The notes: generated by a model from the letters alone, not told the origin. A stretch of 64,000 bases of DNA from an uncultured archaeon (GCA_964558645.1 CAZLEV010000005.1:96001-160000), one strand, 5' to 3'. Shown: positions 1 to 9,694, numbered from the stretch's first letter. Numbers and translations: made by a program.

Positions 1-2
1 TG

Positions 3-494
3 CTCGATGAGAGTGGGAGATTCGGGAGATCTGAGAGAATTGAGCAGGACGAGTCCCTCGGCCGAGTCTATATTGTTGCAGATGCAGACGAGAATGGTGC
101 CGAAGAGCGAATAGTATTCACACAGAAGGATGTCAGACAGGTTCAGCTAGCTAAGGCAGCCATCCAAGCTGGGACCAAGATTGGGCTGGCTGCTGCAGAT
201 GTGGATCCCGAAGACATCGACATGATCTTCCTTGCAGGTGCCTTCGGCAACTACATCCGCCCCGAGAGTGCCATTGAGATAGGGCTGATTCCCTCTCTCC
301 CTCGGCAGAGAATCTTGCCGGTGGGCAATGCGGCGGGAGACGGTGCTCGCAGGATGACACTGTCTCGCGAACAGAGAAGGATTGCCGAGAGAATCGCCGG
401 AAGTGTGCAGTATATCGAACTAGCAGGTAGAGAAGGTTTCCAAGAAGAGTTTCTGGCCTCCACAGTGCTCAGACCTTGGGTGCTTGGCAACTAG
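3..494 (+). CDS. ASKHA-domain / RACo corrinoid-activation protein, C-terminal part (5' truncated by window edge)
   Basis: The frame is open from position 3. It contains TQKDVRQVQLAKAAI, LAGAFGNYI and VGNAAGDGA, typical of the RACo/DUF4445 C-terminus. Confidence 0.85.
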   Translation, partial: LDESGRFGRSERIEQDESLGRVYIVADADENGAEERIVFTQKDVRQVQLAKAAIQAGTKIGLAAADVDPEDIDMIFLAGAFGNYIRPESAIEIGLIPSLPRQRILPVGNAAGDGARRMTLSREQRRIAERIAGSVQYIELAGREGFQEEFLASTVLRPWVLGN

Positions 495-512
495 AGGGAC
501 GTAAGGCTGTTT

Positions 513-1598
513 CTAGGGCTCTAATCCGTGAAGCGGAAAGACCAGTTTCTTCAACAGAGCGACATTCTTCCGCATGATGTCCCAGGTCTCCCTGTCATCA
601 TGTTCGAAGGGAGGGGTCTGTGTCGGGGGAACATAGTCATTGCCAGTCAGTACTGCTAGAACCACACAGGCGCCCCACGCGAGAGAATCAGGATCATATC
701 CACCACCAGAGAGGACGCCAAGCCTTCCGTCAGAGTATCGGTGTGCAAAGTCGTGAATCTGTTCAGCAACATACCGGATTGTGTCCATACTGAGATTCAT
801 ATGCGTCAGGGGATCCCGATAGTGGGCGTCGAACCCCGGAAGGAACAATATGAACTCAGGCTGGAATGAATCAACGAGAGGCGGCACGAGTTCGTCGAAG
901 GCAAACTTGTAGACATCGTCACCTGAATCCATCGGGAACCACATGTTGATGTTGTAGCCTCTGCCCTCACCCTCACCAATATCCTCTATATGCCCATCAT
1001 GGGGGTACATCCATTCAGGGTCTTCATGAAACGAGATCTGCATGACATTGGGTGATTCGTAGCAGTAGGTCTGCGTACCGTTTCCATGATGTGCATCGAA
1101 GTCTGCAATGAGAATCCTCTCGAATCCATTCAAGGTGAGTTCGTGGACAGCTGCCGCAATATCATTGAAGACACAGAAACCACCACCAGCGTCATATGTT
1201 GCGTGATGGAATCCCCCGGTTGGTGAGAAGAAGTGGTCAATAGAACCGGACAGGATAGCCCGGACTCCCCAGACGGTGGCACCGGATACGCTGAGTGCGT
1301 TCTCATAGACACCCTTGAAACCGGGAGTATCGACAGCTACATCGCCCACTCCTGACACCGATATCTCTCTGACACGGGTGATATACTCCTGGGAGTGGAC
1401 AGCCTCTAGAATGGCCCGGGGCAGTATGTCGGTCTCGATGAGTTCAACAAGCGATGGGTCAAAACACCCCGCCTCCTCTACACTCTCCTTGATGTAGGTG
1501 AAGCGATTCTTCCTGATAGGATGGCGGCGTCCGTAGTCGTGACTGTCAAATGTAGAAGACCAAAGGAAACCTGTTCTGCAGCTGCGTCCGTCTTTCAT
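513..1598 (-). CDS. Histone deacetylase/AcuC-family Zn-dependent deacetylase
   Basis: Motifs GGFHHA, GGFCVFND, DFDAHHGNGTQ, GFDAHYRDPL and GGGY. Confidence 0.93.
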   Translation of the reverse strand: MKDGRSCRTGFLWSSTFDSHDYGRRHPIRKNRFTYIKESVEEAGCFDPSLVELIETDILPRAILEAVHSQEYITRVREISVSGVGDVAVDTPGFKGVYENALSVSGATVWGVRAILSGSIDHFFSPTGGFHHATYDAGGGFCVFNDIAAAVHELTLNGFERILIADFDAHHGNGTQTYCYESPNVMQISFHEDPEWMYPHDGHIEDIGEGEGRGYNINMWFPMDSGDDVYKFAFDELVPPLVDSFQPEFILFLPGFDAHYRDPLTHMNLSMDTIRYVAEQIHDFAHRYSDGRLGVLSGGGYDPDSLAWGACVVLAVLTGNDYVPPTQTPPFEHDDRETWDIMRKNVALLKKLVFPLHGLEP

Positions 1599-1760
1599 CG
1601 CACGTCATTTCATTGACCGTCTTATATCGGTTGACATGTAGTCAGCCAGAAGAGTGAGGAAACTCAGAAGATGTGTCGGATCAGACGACCTTTGACAATC
1701 CTTTTCTCTCTCTGTGCCAGAAGAGCACCGTGCTGGTCGCAGTATACGAGAGGATGTCAC

Positions 1761-2564
1761 ATGGATGAACAGACAGTACAAGAGAAGTTCGGTGCGGTAC
1801 GGGATATGCTCCGAGAGAAGAGAATCGTCGTTGCATTCAGCGGAGGGGTCGACAGTACGGTACTGGCACATATTGCACGGCAAGCTGCAGCTGAGACCCT
1901 TCTCCTCACGGTCGATATGCAGACAGTTCCCCAGTTTGAGATTGAACAGGCTGTTGAGCTGGCTCAGCGTCTTGGAATAGAGCACAAGGTCATCAGATTT
2001 GACTGGACAGCCGACGCATCTCTGTCAGCCAATCCGCCAGACAGGTGCTATCACTGCAAGAGAAGTCTCGCTCGGCTCTGGTTGGAAGTCAGAGATGAGC
2101 GAGGGATGGATATGGTGGTGGAGGGAACCAATGCGAGTGACCTCAAGGGACACCGACCGGGCCTGCATGCACTGGAGGAGATGGGAGTATCTTCACCATT
2201 TCTCGCGGCAGGAATCGGAAAAGGGGAGATCCGAAAGTACGCACGTGAACACGACCTTGGCATAGCAGAGAGACCGCCTCAAGCCTGTCTAGCCACCAGG
2301 TTTCCACCAACCACCGAGATAACAGAAGAACGCCTAGCCATGATAGAAACAGTAGAGAACAAGATACGAGAGTTGTACGAACTAGACTGTGTCCGTGCAC
2401 GCTATCACGGAGAGATTGTAAGAATCGAGGTGCCTCCAGAGTACATCTTTCAGTTCGGATCTGGCTCACAGGCGCATCAACTGGTCCAAGCGGCCAAAGA
2501 GGCAGGTTTCAAGTATGTAACATTGGACCTGGAGGGCTATCGTTCGGGTTCAACCAGCGTCTAG
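1761..2564 (+). CDS. larE: ATP-dependent sulfur transferase LarE family
   Basis: PP-loop AFSGGVDS, RCYHCK, EGTNASD..RPG, ACLATRFP and C-terminal GFKYVTLDLEGYRSGS. The ATG at 1761 is preferred over the ORF-track start at 1671. Confidence 0.9.
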   Translation: MDEQTVQEKFGAVRDMLREKRIVVAFSGGVDSTVLAHIARQAAAETLLLTVDMQTVPQFEIEQAVELAQRLGIEHKVIRFDWTADASLSANPPDRCYHCKRSLARLWLEVRDERGMDMVVEGTNASDLKGHRPGLHALEEMGVSSPFLAAGIGKGEIRKYAREHDLGIAERPPQACLATRFPPTTEITEERLAMIETVENKIRELYELDCVRARYHGEIVRIEVPPEYIFQFGSGSQAHQLVQAAKEAGFKYVTLDLEGYRSGSTSV

Positions 2565-2579
2565 CGGCCGTCATCTGAG

Positions 2580-2741
2580 TCATTCAGAGCTCACTTCTTC
2601 CTCCTCTGTCCATCGCTTCACCATCCCGTAGAGGAGCTCGATCTGCTCATCAGAGAGCATCGGCAGCTTCGATACAATGAGATTCCGTTTCATCTTATGG
2701 GACACGAATTTCGCACGTAGCTCCTTACCTCTTCCAGTCAC
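2580..2741 (-). CDS. Small hypothetical protein, 53 aa (not in the ORF track)
   Basis: Hand translation gives MTGRGKELRAKFVSHKMKRNLIVSKLPMLSDEQIELLYGMVKRWTEEEEVSSE*. The GTG start is preceded by GGGAGTG and lies 16 nt after the M24 peptidase stop on the same strand. Confidence 0.6.
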   Translation of the reverse strand: MTGRGKELRAKFVSHKMKRNLIVSKLPMLSDEQIELLYGMVKRWTEEEEVSSE

Positions 2742-2757
2742 TTCAGCACTCCCTTCT

Positions 2758-3954
2758 CTATTCGATACATATCAGCTCGGTCTGGGGATGGGAGAGAAAC
2801 TCGCATCCCTTGGAAGTCACAACTATGTCTTCCTCAAGACTCACCTGACCATAGTTCTCTGTGGTGACATAGAGCTCCAGCGTAAAGACATTGCCCTTTT
2901 CAAGAACACCCTTCGGACTATCACCATAGCGATCCCAGAGAGGGCCCAACAACGTGCCACCATCATGAGCCTGTCGTCCAACTTGGTGGCCCAGGGCATG
3001 TTTGTATTCGTCATACCCCTGGTCTTGGACATGACCACGAGCTATGGCATCAACCTCATGCCCGACTTTGCCTGGTGCAATGAAGCGTGCTGCCGATTGG
3101 ATGGCATCCCTCACTGTCTCAAAGGCGGTTTCTACCTCTTCAGGAACGTCCTTTGGATTCCCAAAGAAGAACATTCGCTGAATGTCCGAACAGTAGTCAT
3201 TCCATCGCACTCCAAAATCGAAGTGTAACAGATGGCCTACCTTTGTCTTGTTTTCAGTGGGTCCCGAATGCCCAAACTCTTTGTCTGGACCAGCATCTAC
3301 CGCAGGATTGTGATCAGGATTCCAAGCGCTGCTAACGCCACGAGTCTCCATTGCAGCGTGGAACATCTTGTATATCTCGAGTTCGGTCATACCAACACGA
3401 ACCTTCTCCCTCATCTCATCATAGATCGACTCAGTGATCTTGACGGCCTTTCTAATCCGCTCTACTTCTGATATGGTCTTTCGACCACGGAGCTTGCTGA
3501 CGAGCTCCTCGGCACTGACTAGTCGATCATCCATCAGTGCTTCTGACAGGTAGCCCTTCAGAATCCGAAACATCCCCACAGTCAGTCCATCAGCGGCCAC
3601 ATCATTCTTGCTGTAGTTGACTGCAATCTCCTTAGGATTGAGGCGTCTCAGCTCCTCGATCAGTGGTGCTCCAACGGACTCCACGTAAGGAACCACTCTG
3701 TCGAACAGGTTCTTTGATCGTATTGCATCCGCATCGAAACTCCCGACAATTGCCACCTTCTCACCTGTCTTGGTGAAGAGCAAGCCCGATTGCCAGACCA
3801 GATCGCAGTCCAAGACCAATGGCAAGACAGGGTCTTTGATCTGTGAGGTTTCGCGAACCCATACCAGCCAAGCATCAAGCCCCAGCTCCTTCAGTATATC
3901 GCAGGCCTGATTGACCTTCTCACTCTCTATACTCGCCATTGCCGGATCACTCAC
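2758..3954 (-). CDS. Xaa-Pro aminopeptidase (M24 family)
   Basis: Metal-ligand motifs HFDFGV..YCSDIQR, HALGHQVG..AHD, FTLE and LEEDIVVT. Confidence 0.92.
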   Translation of the reverse strand: MSDPAMASIESEKVNQACDILKELGLDAWLVWVRETSQIKDPVLPLVLDCDLVWQSGLLFTKTGEKVAIVGSFDADAIRSKNLFDRVVPYVESVGAPLIEELRRLNPKEIAVNYSKNDVAADGLTVGMFRILKGYLSEALMDDRLVSAEELVSKLRGRKTISEVERIRKAVKITESIYDEMREKVRVGMTELEIYKMFHAAMETRGVSSAWNPDHNPAVDAGPDKEFGHSGPTENKTKVGHLLHFDFGVRWNDYCSDIQRMFFFGNPKDVPEEVETAFETVRDAIQSAARFIAPGKVGHEVDAIARGHVQDQGYDEYKHALGHQVGRQAHDGGTLLGPLWDRYGDSPKGVLEKGNVFTLELYVTTENYGQVSLEEDIVVTSKGCEFLSHPQTELICIE

Positions 3955-4046
3955 TCCATCTGAGAGATGAACCCTCTGAATAATCTTCTCGAATAGAAGA
4001 ACACGACAGACTGATTAATCATACGTGAAGAACCGACACCTGAGGC

Positions 4047-4460
4047 TTGACGTTGACAGAAGACTTCACACTTCGACTTGATGCAATTCAACCAAGTCAA
4101 CTCTACATAAGCAGACTGAAGCTATCCATGGTCGAAGAGATGATAGACACACGAGGAATCGAGAAGCTTGAGCCAATTCCCATCAAGCTGCTACGGGGAC
4201 TCCTGATGGCAACTGATGGTCATACTCGCGGAGTAGCGCTGCATCGTCGAGGCCATGAAGAGGTCAAGTGTTGCTGGGAAGACACCAAACTGGACTGGAG
4301 GGCGTATTCAATATGTGTGGACTGGTGCCTTGAAGAGGGGATAACGTCTATGCTAGACCTGAACAATCGGATTGTTAATCATGATGACTTTGAGACTCTC
4401 TGGCTCGAACGCTGCCGAGTCATGCACGAAGAATTGACCAGTGATAACACTGAACAATAA
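4047..4460 (+). CDS. Hypothetical protein with ParB/Srx-like fold
   Basis: IQPSQLYIS...PIPIK...TDGHTR resembles the ParB/Srx DGHxR motif. Confidence 0.5.
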   Translation: MTLTEDFTLRLDAIQPSQLYISRLKLSMVEEMIDTRGIEKLEPIPIKLLRGLLMATDGHTRGVALHRRGHEEVKCCWEDTKLDWRAYSICVDWCLEEGITSMLDLNNRIVNHDDFETLWLERCRVMHEELTSDNTEQ

Positions 4461-4596
4461 CTCAGAGCCACAGAAACCGACCTCCTTGCAGGTCCATCTG
4501 ATTGAGATAGCATGTGAGCCCAATCACAGAGGAGGCTGCGGTACTTGCCTATTCTGTACACTTCCTCGAACCACATCTGGTTCCGTATACACATAG

Positions 4597-5394
4597 CTAC
4601 CGGTCTTCATCAAGATATCCCATAATATGGGCAATCTTCCGATAACTCTCTGGGAGCTCGTATTCTGGCTGAATTCTGCGGCCATGCGGCAGGCCTGAAC
4701 CAGTCTTCTCAACATGCCTAAGCCCTTCAATCAGAGAAGGCAATCTCTCTCGTGGTGCTGAGAATATCATCTCGTCTGCCTCTGCTGCAGCCGACCAACG
4801 GTCTCCGCGGCACGGTACGGCAACTTGGCAGTTTCCACTCTTAATGGCCGGAACCACAGCGTAGACACAGGCGGCGTGACTAGATAGAGAACAGGGAAGA
4901 CTATAGCCCTCCTTGTACTCCCTTGCCAGAAGCAACAGATTCAGTTGCTCAGAATTGCAGTAAATCATGATAAGGTCAGGTTCAAAGCTTGCCGATTTGA
5001 GAGGGGCCGAGACCACACCAATGTACTTGCCGAGCTCCAATCGAGGAAACTGCTCCGCATAGTGCCGACCTGCCTCCAAGGTCTCCACATCCACAGGGAA
5101 GCGATTGTGGCCCTCCAGGAAGTATTCAGGAGGCTCGGCCAGCCCATATCCTACAACAGGTTCGAAACACCAGTTGTCCTCCTTGAGCATTACAATCTCT
5201 GTTCCCTCACGTCGAGACTTCTGGTAGGCTTGACAGAGCGACAGATGATTACCGGAATCCCGGAGGGGCCTGTACGCACTCGTCGGAATGTCGCTCTCTG
5301 TCTTCAGTAGCTTCAGTGCCAGTGGATGAGACTGCAATCTCAGTTTCGCTTCAAGCTCTTCCCCATAGTTCCTGTAGTTCTCAGCTATTCCCAT
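4597..5394 (-). CDS. DUF169-family protein
   Basis: Cys pattern LCQA..SRR, NWC, AAC..AVV and VPCRGDR, plus DEMIFSAP. Confidence 0.8.
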   Translation of the reverse strand: MGIAENYRNYGEELEAKLRLQSHPLALKLLKTESDIPTSAYRPLRDSGNHLSLCQAYQKSRREGTEIVMLKEDNWCFEPVVGYGLAEPPEYFLEGHNRFPVDVETLEAGRHYAEQFPRLELGKYIGVVSAPLKSASFEPDLIMIYCNSEQLNLLLLAREYKEGYSLPCSLSSHAACVYAVVPAIKSGNCQVAVPCRGDRWSAAAEADEMIFSAPRERLPSLIEGLRHVEKTGSGLPHGRRIQPEYELPESYRKIAHIMGYLDEDR

Positions 5395-5462
5395 GTTTGC
5401 TCCCGTCTTTCAAGTACGAAGAGCAGTATGTGGCCCATAAAGGTACTCCCATACGATGCGGG

Positions 5463-6209
5463 TTATTCCGGATACACTACATTCTCTGTGATTGCTTGGT
5501 AAAAGTCATCTATTGGAGTAGTCATGAGCCCATTTGCATTCAACCAGTAGCCTGTTTCAGCGAAACCTGTGATCTCTGGATGGTCATATTCGGTGAACTG
5601 TCCAGTCCACGTACCATTCTGCAGAAAGACCATCTGATCCGACTCGGTATATCCGATGTAGAAGAATGTGTTGTCGTCGAAGAAGATGCTGACGTAGAAG
5701 TCTATTGGCCAAGTCGATGGAAAATCGGCCGGATGCTCGGTGGCGTCCGGCATCTGAGCGATTGCGTCATCTACCAGAGAACCGCTCAGAATGTCCCATT
5801 CGTCTGGGGATATCTCGCCGTGACCTGTTATGTCTGCAGTGTATGGTGCGAAGAGAACATCGATGGTGCTGGTTCCTGCATGTCTTGACATCTTGACCCC
5901 ATCAACGAAAGCATCAGGTGCAGTCTCTTGATAATGCTGTGTGAGACGCTCATTAACAAATGACGAATTACACATCCAGTAGAATACGACATCATCCCGT
6001 CGGCTGTTGATATACTCTGCCGCCCTTGCCCCAAGACCTTCCTGTGTTCCGTCAGGGACTCCTGTCTGGTCAGTTGGTCGAAAGATGGATAGAGCGAGAA
6101 AGCCCGATATCACAATCACTGCAATAATGATTGATGCAGTTGTCACCTTCCCCAATGTAGTTTCATACCACTTCAGTCTCAACACCTGACCATACATCTT
6201 AACAAACAA
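5463..6209 (-). CDS. Hypothetical membrane-anchored extracellular protein
   Basis: N-terminal TM helix (ASIIIAVIVISGFLALSIF) followed by an acidic soluble domain. Confidence 0.7.
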   Translation of the reverse strand: MFVKMYGQVLRLKWYETTLGKVTTASIIIAVIVISGFLALSIFRPTDQTGVPDGTQEGLGARAAEYINSRRDDVVFYWMCNSSFVNERLTQHYQETAPDAFVDGVKMSRHAGTSTIDVLFAPYTADITGHGEISPDEWDILSGSLVDDAIAQMPDATEHPADFPSTWPIDFYVSIFFDDNTFFYIGYTESDQMVFLQNGTWTGQFTEYDHPEITGFAETGYWLNANGLMTTPIDDFYQAITENVVYPE

Positions 6210-6480
6210 ATATCAATCTACGCTTTGAATAGGCTGTTCAAGAGTTTGAACAGTACCTTATCCTCGCTGGCACAGTTCCACTAACGAGGAGTTGAAAACT
6301 GAGGAGAATCGGTAAACACAATGATAGGGGCTTCACATTGATCGTGGGGATCCCGGTGCTTTTCTATGTCATGAGGCCTATTTAGAGGTATACCGGGATG
6401 ATTCCCCATAAGACGTGAATCACCACCTTGAATAGGCTCCGCGGATAGGATAGTCTGTGGAAATGCAGGAGAGGTGAACG

Positions 6481-6882
6481 GTGATCCGGATTCCCATTGA
6501 GTATCTCTGGCTAGCCATAATCACCGGGGGATTGTATCTCTATCTAGAACACAGGGACGTTCGATTCGGAAATCTGCCTCTGACTTTCATCCTAGCCCTC
6601 ATCTGGTCTGCGTGGAGCCTCTTCATTGTCATCTCCGTCGGACCACACCTCACAGGCCCGTTTGCTCCTGATCCGCCGGGTCTGACTCCAAGCCCTTCAC
6701 TGATAAGAGCCACCATCTTCACATTCATGATTGCTCCCACTGTCCTCCTGCTTTGGTTCATGGTAGAGACCCAGCTTCTGACATTGCTAGAGCACAACAG
6801 AGATAGTAACTCGAACCATAGAGTTAAATATCTTCACAATAGTTATTTCGTGAAGGTCAGGTGCGACCGAGATGACAGATAA
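6481..6882 (+). CDS. Hypothetical membrane protein (3 TM)
   Basis: Three hydrophobic segments; GGAGAGGTGA upstream of the GTG start. Confidence 0.6.
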   Translation: MIRIPIEYLWLAIITGGLYLYLEHRDVRFGNLPLTFILALIWSAWSLFIVISVGPHLTGPFAPDPPGLTPSPSLIRATIFTFMIAPTVLLLWFMVETQLLTLLEHNRDSNSNHRVKYLHNSYFVKVRCDRDDR

Positions 6883-7111
6883 ACCTGTGACGACCATTGA
6901 TTGTGTAGGACTCTACTGTCCACAACCCATCTTTCAGACAAGAGAGGGAATCGAGTCAGTAGAGATCGGTGAAGTAGTGGAGATTCTTGCAGATGACCCA
7001 GGAGCGGAGTCCGACTTGAAACGGTTCACAAAGAGGACTGGCCATGAGCTCGTTTCATTCCAGAAGCTGGAAGATGGAGTCCTCCGATTCCTGATCAGAC
7101 GAAAGAAGTAG
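6872..7111 (+). CDS. tusA: Sulfur carrier protein, TusA family
   Basis: IDCVGLYCPQP (CPxP) and ILADDPGAESDL; 79 aa. Confidence 0.92.
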   Translation: MTDKPVTTIDCVGLYCPQPIFQTREGIESVEIGEVVEILADDPGAESDLKRFTKRTGHELVSFQKLEDGVLRFLIRRKK

Positions 7112-7126
7112 TGGAAGGAAGAGAGA

Positions 7127-8305
7127 ATGAACAGCGTCTACCTGGACTATCACTCGTCGAAACCGACAGACAAGAGAGTAATTGACGAGATGATGCCCTA
7201 TTTCACAGAGCTATACGGGAACCCATCGTCGCTTCATAAGATAGGGGACCTCGCCTCCGATGCGATGGAGGCAAGCAGAAAGAAAGTGGCGGATTTCATC
7301 AATGCAGATGAAGACGAGATTGTATTCACAGGTAGTGCCACTGAGGCCACAAACATGGCGCTCATCGGCTATGCGATGAAGAACAAGCGGAAGGGCAAGC
7401 ACATCATCATAACCGAGGTCGAGCACATCTCAATCCGCAACATAGCCAAGTATCTTGAAGCGAATGGCTTCGATGTGTCACGGGTCCCTGTGGACCAATA
7501 TGGCATGGTGGCACCGGACAAGATTGAACGGAGGATTCGCGATGACACTATCCTCATCAGTGTGATCTATGCCAGCAACGAGATAGGTACAATCCAGCCA
7601 ATCAAGGCCATAGGTGAGATTGCAGCTAAGCATGATGTTGCATTTCACTCGGACGCTGTCGCAGCCGAGGGACTGGTCCCTCTCGATGTAAGACGTGACG
7701 GCATCAACCTGATGACACTGTCAGCAAATGATTTGTATGGCCCTCGAGGGGTCGGGGCGCTCTACATGCAGAAACGCTACAGGGTGAATCCGATTATAAT
7801 CGGCGGGGGACAAGAGAGAGGACTGCGGTCCGGCTCTGAAGACGTTCCCGGAATCGTTGGGATGGGAGCAGCCGCAACGCTTATGCAGAGGGAGATGAAG
7901 GACGAACTGAAGCGCATGGAGTCATTTCGAAACAGGACTATAGATACAATCCTTCAGGAAGTGCCCGATTCCTATCTGAACGGTCATCCAACTGAGAGAC
8001 TGGCAAGCAACTCACACCTCAGGTTCGACGGTATTGAAGGAGAGGCATTGCTACTCTCATTCAAAGATCACGATATTGCAGTGTCAACGGGCTCGGCGTG
8101 TACCTCAAAGACCCTTGAGGCATCCCACACACTCATTGCCACTGGTCTGACCCACGAAGAGGCCCACGGGTCACTGCAGCTGACAACCGGAAGATTCACT
8201 GAAGACTCTGACATTGATAGAGTGCTTGATGCGACCCCTGACATAGTTAGCAATCTCAGAAGACTGTCACCCATCTACAACGAGAAGAAGGTGTTTGTAA
8301 GATGA
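7127..8305 (+). CDS. iscS: Cysteine desulfurase IscS/NifS
   Basis: YLDY, GNPSSLH, GGGQERGLRSGS and catalytic STGSACTS. The usual PLP-lysine motif SAHK reads SANDLYGP here. Confidence 0.88.
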   Translation: MNSVYLDYHSSKPTDKRVIDEMMPYFTELYGNPSSLHKIGDLASDAMEASRKKVADFINADEDEIVFTGSATEATNMALIGYAMKNKRKGKHIIITEVEHISIRNIAKYLEANGFDVSRVPVDQYGMVAPDKIERRIRDDTILISVIYASNEIGTIQPIKAIGEIAAKHDVAFHSDAVAAEGLVPLDVRRDGINLMTLSANDLYGPRGVGALYMQKRYRVNPIIIGGGQERGLRSGSEDVPGIVGMGAAATLMQREMKDELKRMESFRNRTIDTILQEVPDSYLNGHPTERLASNSHLRFDGIEGEALLLSFKDHDIAVSTGSACTSKTLEASHTLIATGLTHEEAHGSLQLTTGRFTEDSDIDRVLDATPDIVSNLRRLSPIYNEKKVFVR

Positions 8306-9081
8306 AACCTACCAAATATTCAGACAAAGTATTAGACCACTTCAGAAACCCACGTAATGTCGGCGTACTCGAAGGCGATGATGTCTCAGTAGGGAGGGTT
8401 GGAAATCCGACCTGTGGAGACCAGATGGAGGTCTTCATCAAAGTACAAGACGACCGCATCGTGGACGCAAGATTCAGGACCTTTGGCTGCGGCTCAGCTA
8501 TTGCAACCAGTAGCATGGTCACGGAGATGGCAAAAGGGATGACATTGGACGAGGCCCTTGACATAGAAAGAGCAGATGTCGCAACAGAGCTCGAGGGTCT
8601 ACCACCAATAAAGATGCACTGCTCAAACCTTGCTGCTGACGCACTTCATGAGGCAATCAAGGCATACCGGGCCAGAGAGGGAAAGGAACTGTCCGAGGCG
8701 ATCGAAGATAATGGTCCGGAGCCCTCGTGTCTCATTGGCAAAGACGAGTATCTTGACAAGGGAGTCTACCTGGATGTTGCGGATACTGATGATTTCTCGG
8801 GCAAGAGAGTCATCGTTCTCCACACGGGCGGCGAGTCAGTAGATGCTGCACTAGAGCTCACGTCCCAGACCGACCGCGTTGTTCTGATAACACCAGAGAG
8901 AAATATAGTGACAACTGAGGATCTTGCAGAAGAGCTACGCAGGTCGTCGGTCAAGGTTATCACTGAGTCAAGAGTTCTCGAGGTCTTGGGCGACTACGAA
9001 GTCGAAAAGGTCCGTGTGCATAATCTAGACGAGGATGAGGAATACGACCTCTTCGTAGACGCAGTGGTCATCATCGAGTAG
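8302..9081 (+). CDS. iscU: Fe-S scaffold IscU/NifU-N fused to a thioredoxin-reductase-like NAD(P)H-domain remnant
   Basis: Three scaffold Cys are present (NPTCGD, FGCGSA, KMHCSNLA). The C-terminal ~115 aa resembles the TrxB middle domain. Confidence 0.85.
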   Translation: MKPTKYSDKVLDHFRNPRNVGVLEGDDVSVGRVGNPTCGDQMEVFIKVQDDRIVDARFRTFGCGSAIATSSMVTEMAKGMTLDEALDIERADVATELEGLPPIKMHCSNLAADALHEAIKAYRAREGKELSEAIEDNGPEPSCLIGKDEYLDKGVYLDVADTDDFSGKRVIVLHTGGESVDAALELTSQTDRVVLITPERNIVTTEDLAEELRRSSVKVITESRVLEVLGDYEVEKVRVHNLDEDEEYDLFVDAVVIIE

Positions 9082-9224
9082 AACGACTGGGCTTCACGTT
9101 GACCCGTTCACAGAATATACTGGAAGCATGACCTCATCAGGAATCGAAGGTATCTCGCTGAATACTAGGACACCAATATTCATAGATTACTCATATAAGT
9201 CGACCAAAGCTGCGTGGAAGAGCC

Positions 9225-9689
9225 ATGAACACAATACGACGAGCAAGAGAATCAGACCATGCTGCGCTCACGAATATGTATCAGGACGACATCGAGTCTG
9301 ACGAGATGGCGGCTCAACGATTTGCTGACGACCTCATCTACAAGATGAATACACTCCTCTGCCTCGAAGAAGAAGAGATTCTGGGGACGGTGAGCTGGGA
9401 GGTTAGAGGCGGGCTTGAGGACGGAGTCATTGAACTGATAGGATTGGGGGTAGATCAAGAATCTCGTCGCAAGGGCATTGCCACAGACCTTGTCAACGAG
9501 CTCATCAGAGATGCTAAGGAGTACTATGAGTCCATGGGACATACGCTAAGGTTTGTCTATCTGTTCATGGAGGCCAGTAACGAGGCGGCACGCTCTTTCT
9601 ACCTACAAGTTGGGTTCACCGAAGTCTCCGAGATACCGAATATGTTCATCCACGATGACGGAAGTATATGGACGAAACTCCTGGAATGA
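9225..9689 (+). CDS. GNAT-family N-acetyltransferase
   Basis: LGVDQESRRKGIAT acetyl-CoA motif and NEAARSFYLQVGF. Confidence 0.9.
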   Translation: MNTIRRARESDHAALTNMYQDDIESDEMAAQRFADDLIYKMNTLLCLEEEEILGTVSWEVRGGLEDGVIELIGLGVDQESRRKGIATDLVNELIRDAKEYYESMGHTLRFVYLFMEASNEAARSFYLQVGFTEVSEIPNMFIHDDGSIWTKLLE

Positions 9690-9694
9690 CACGC

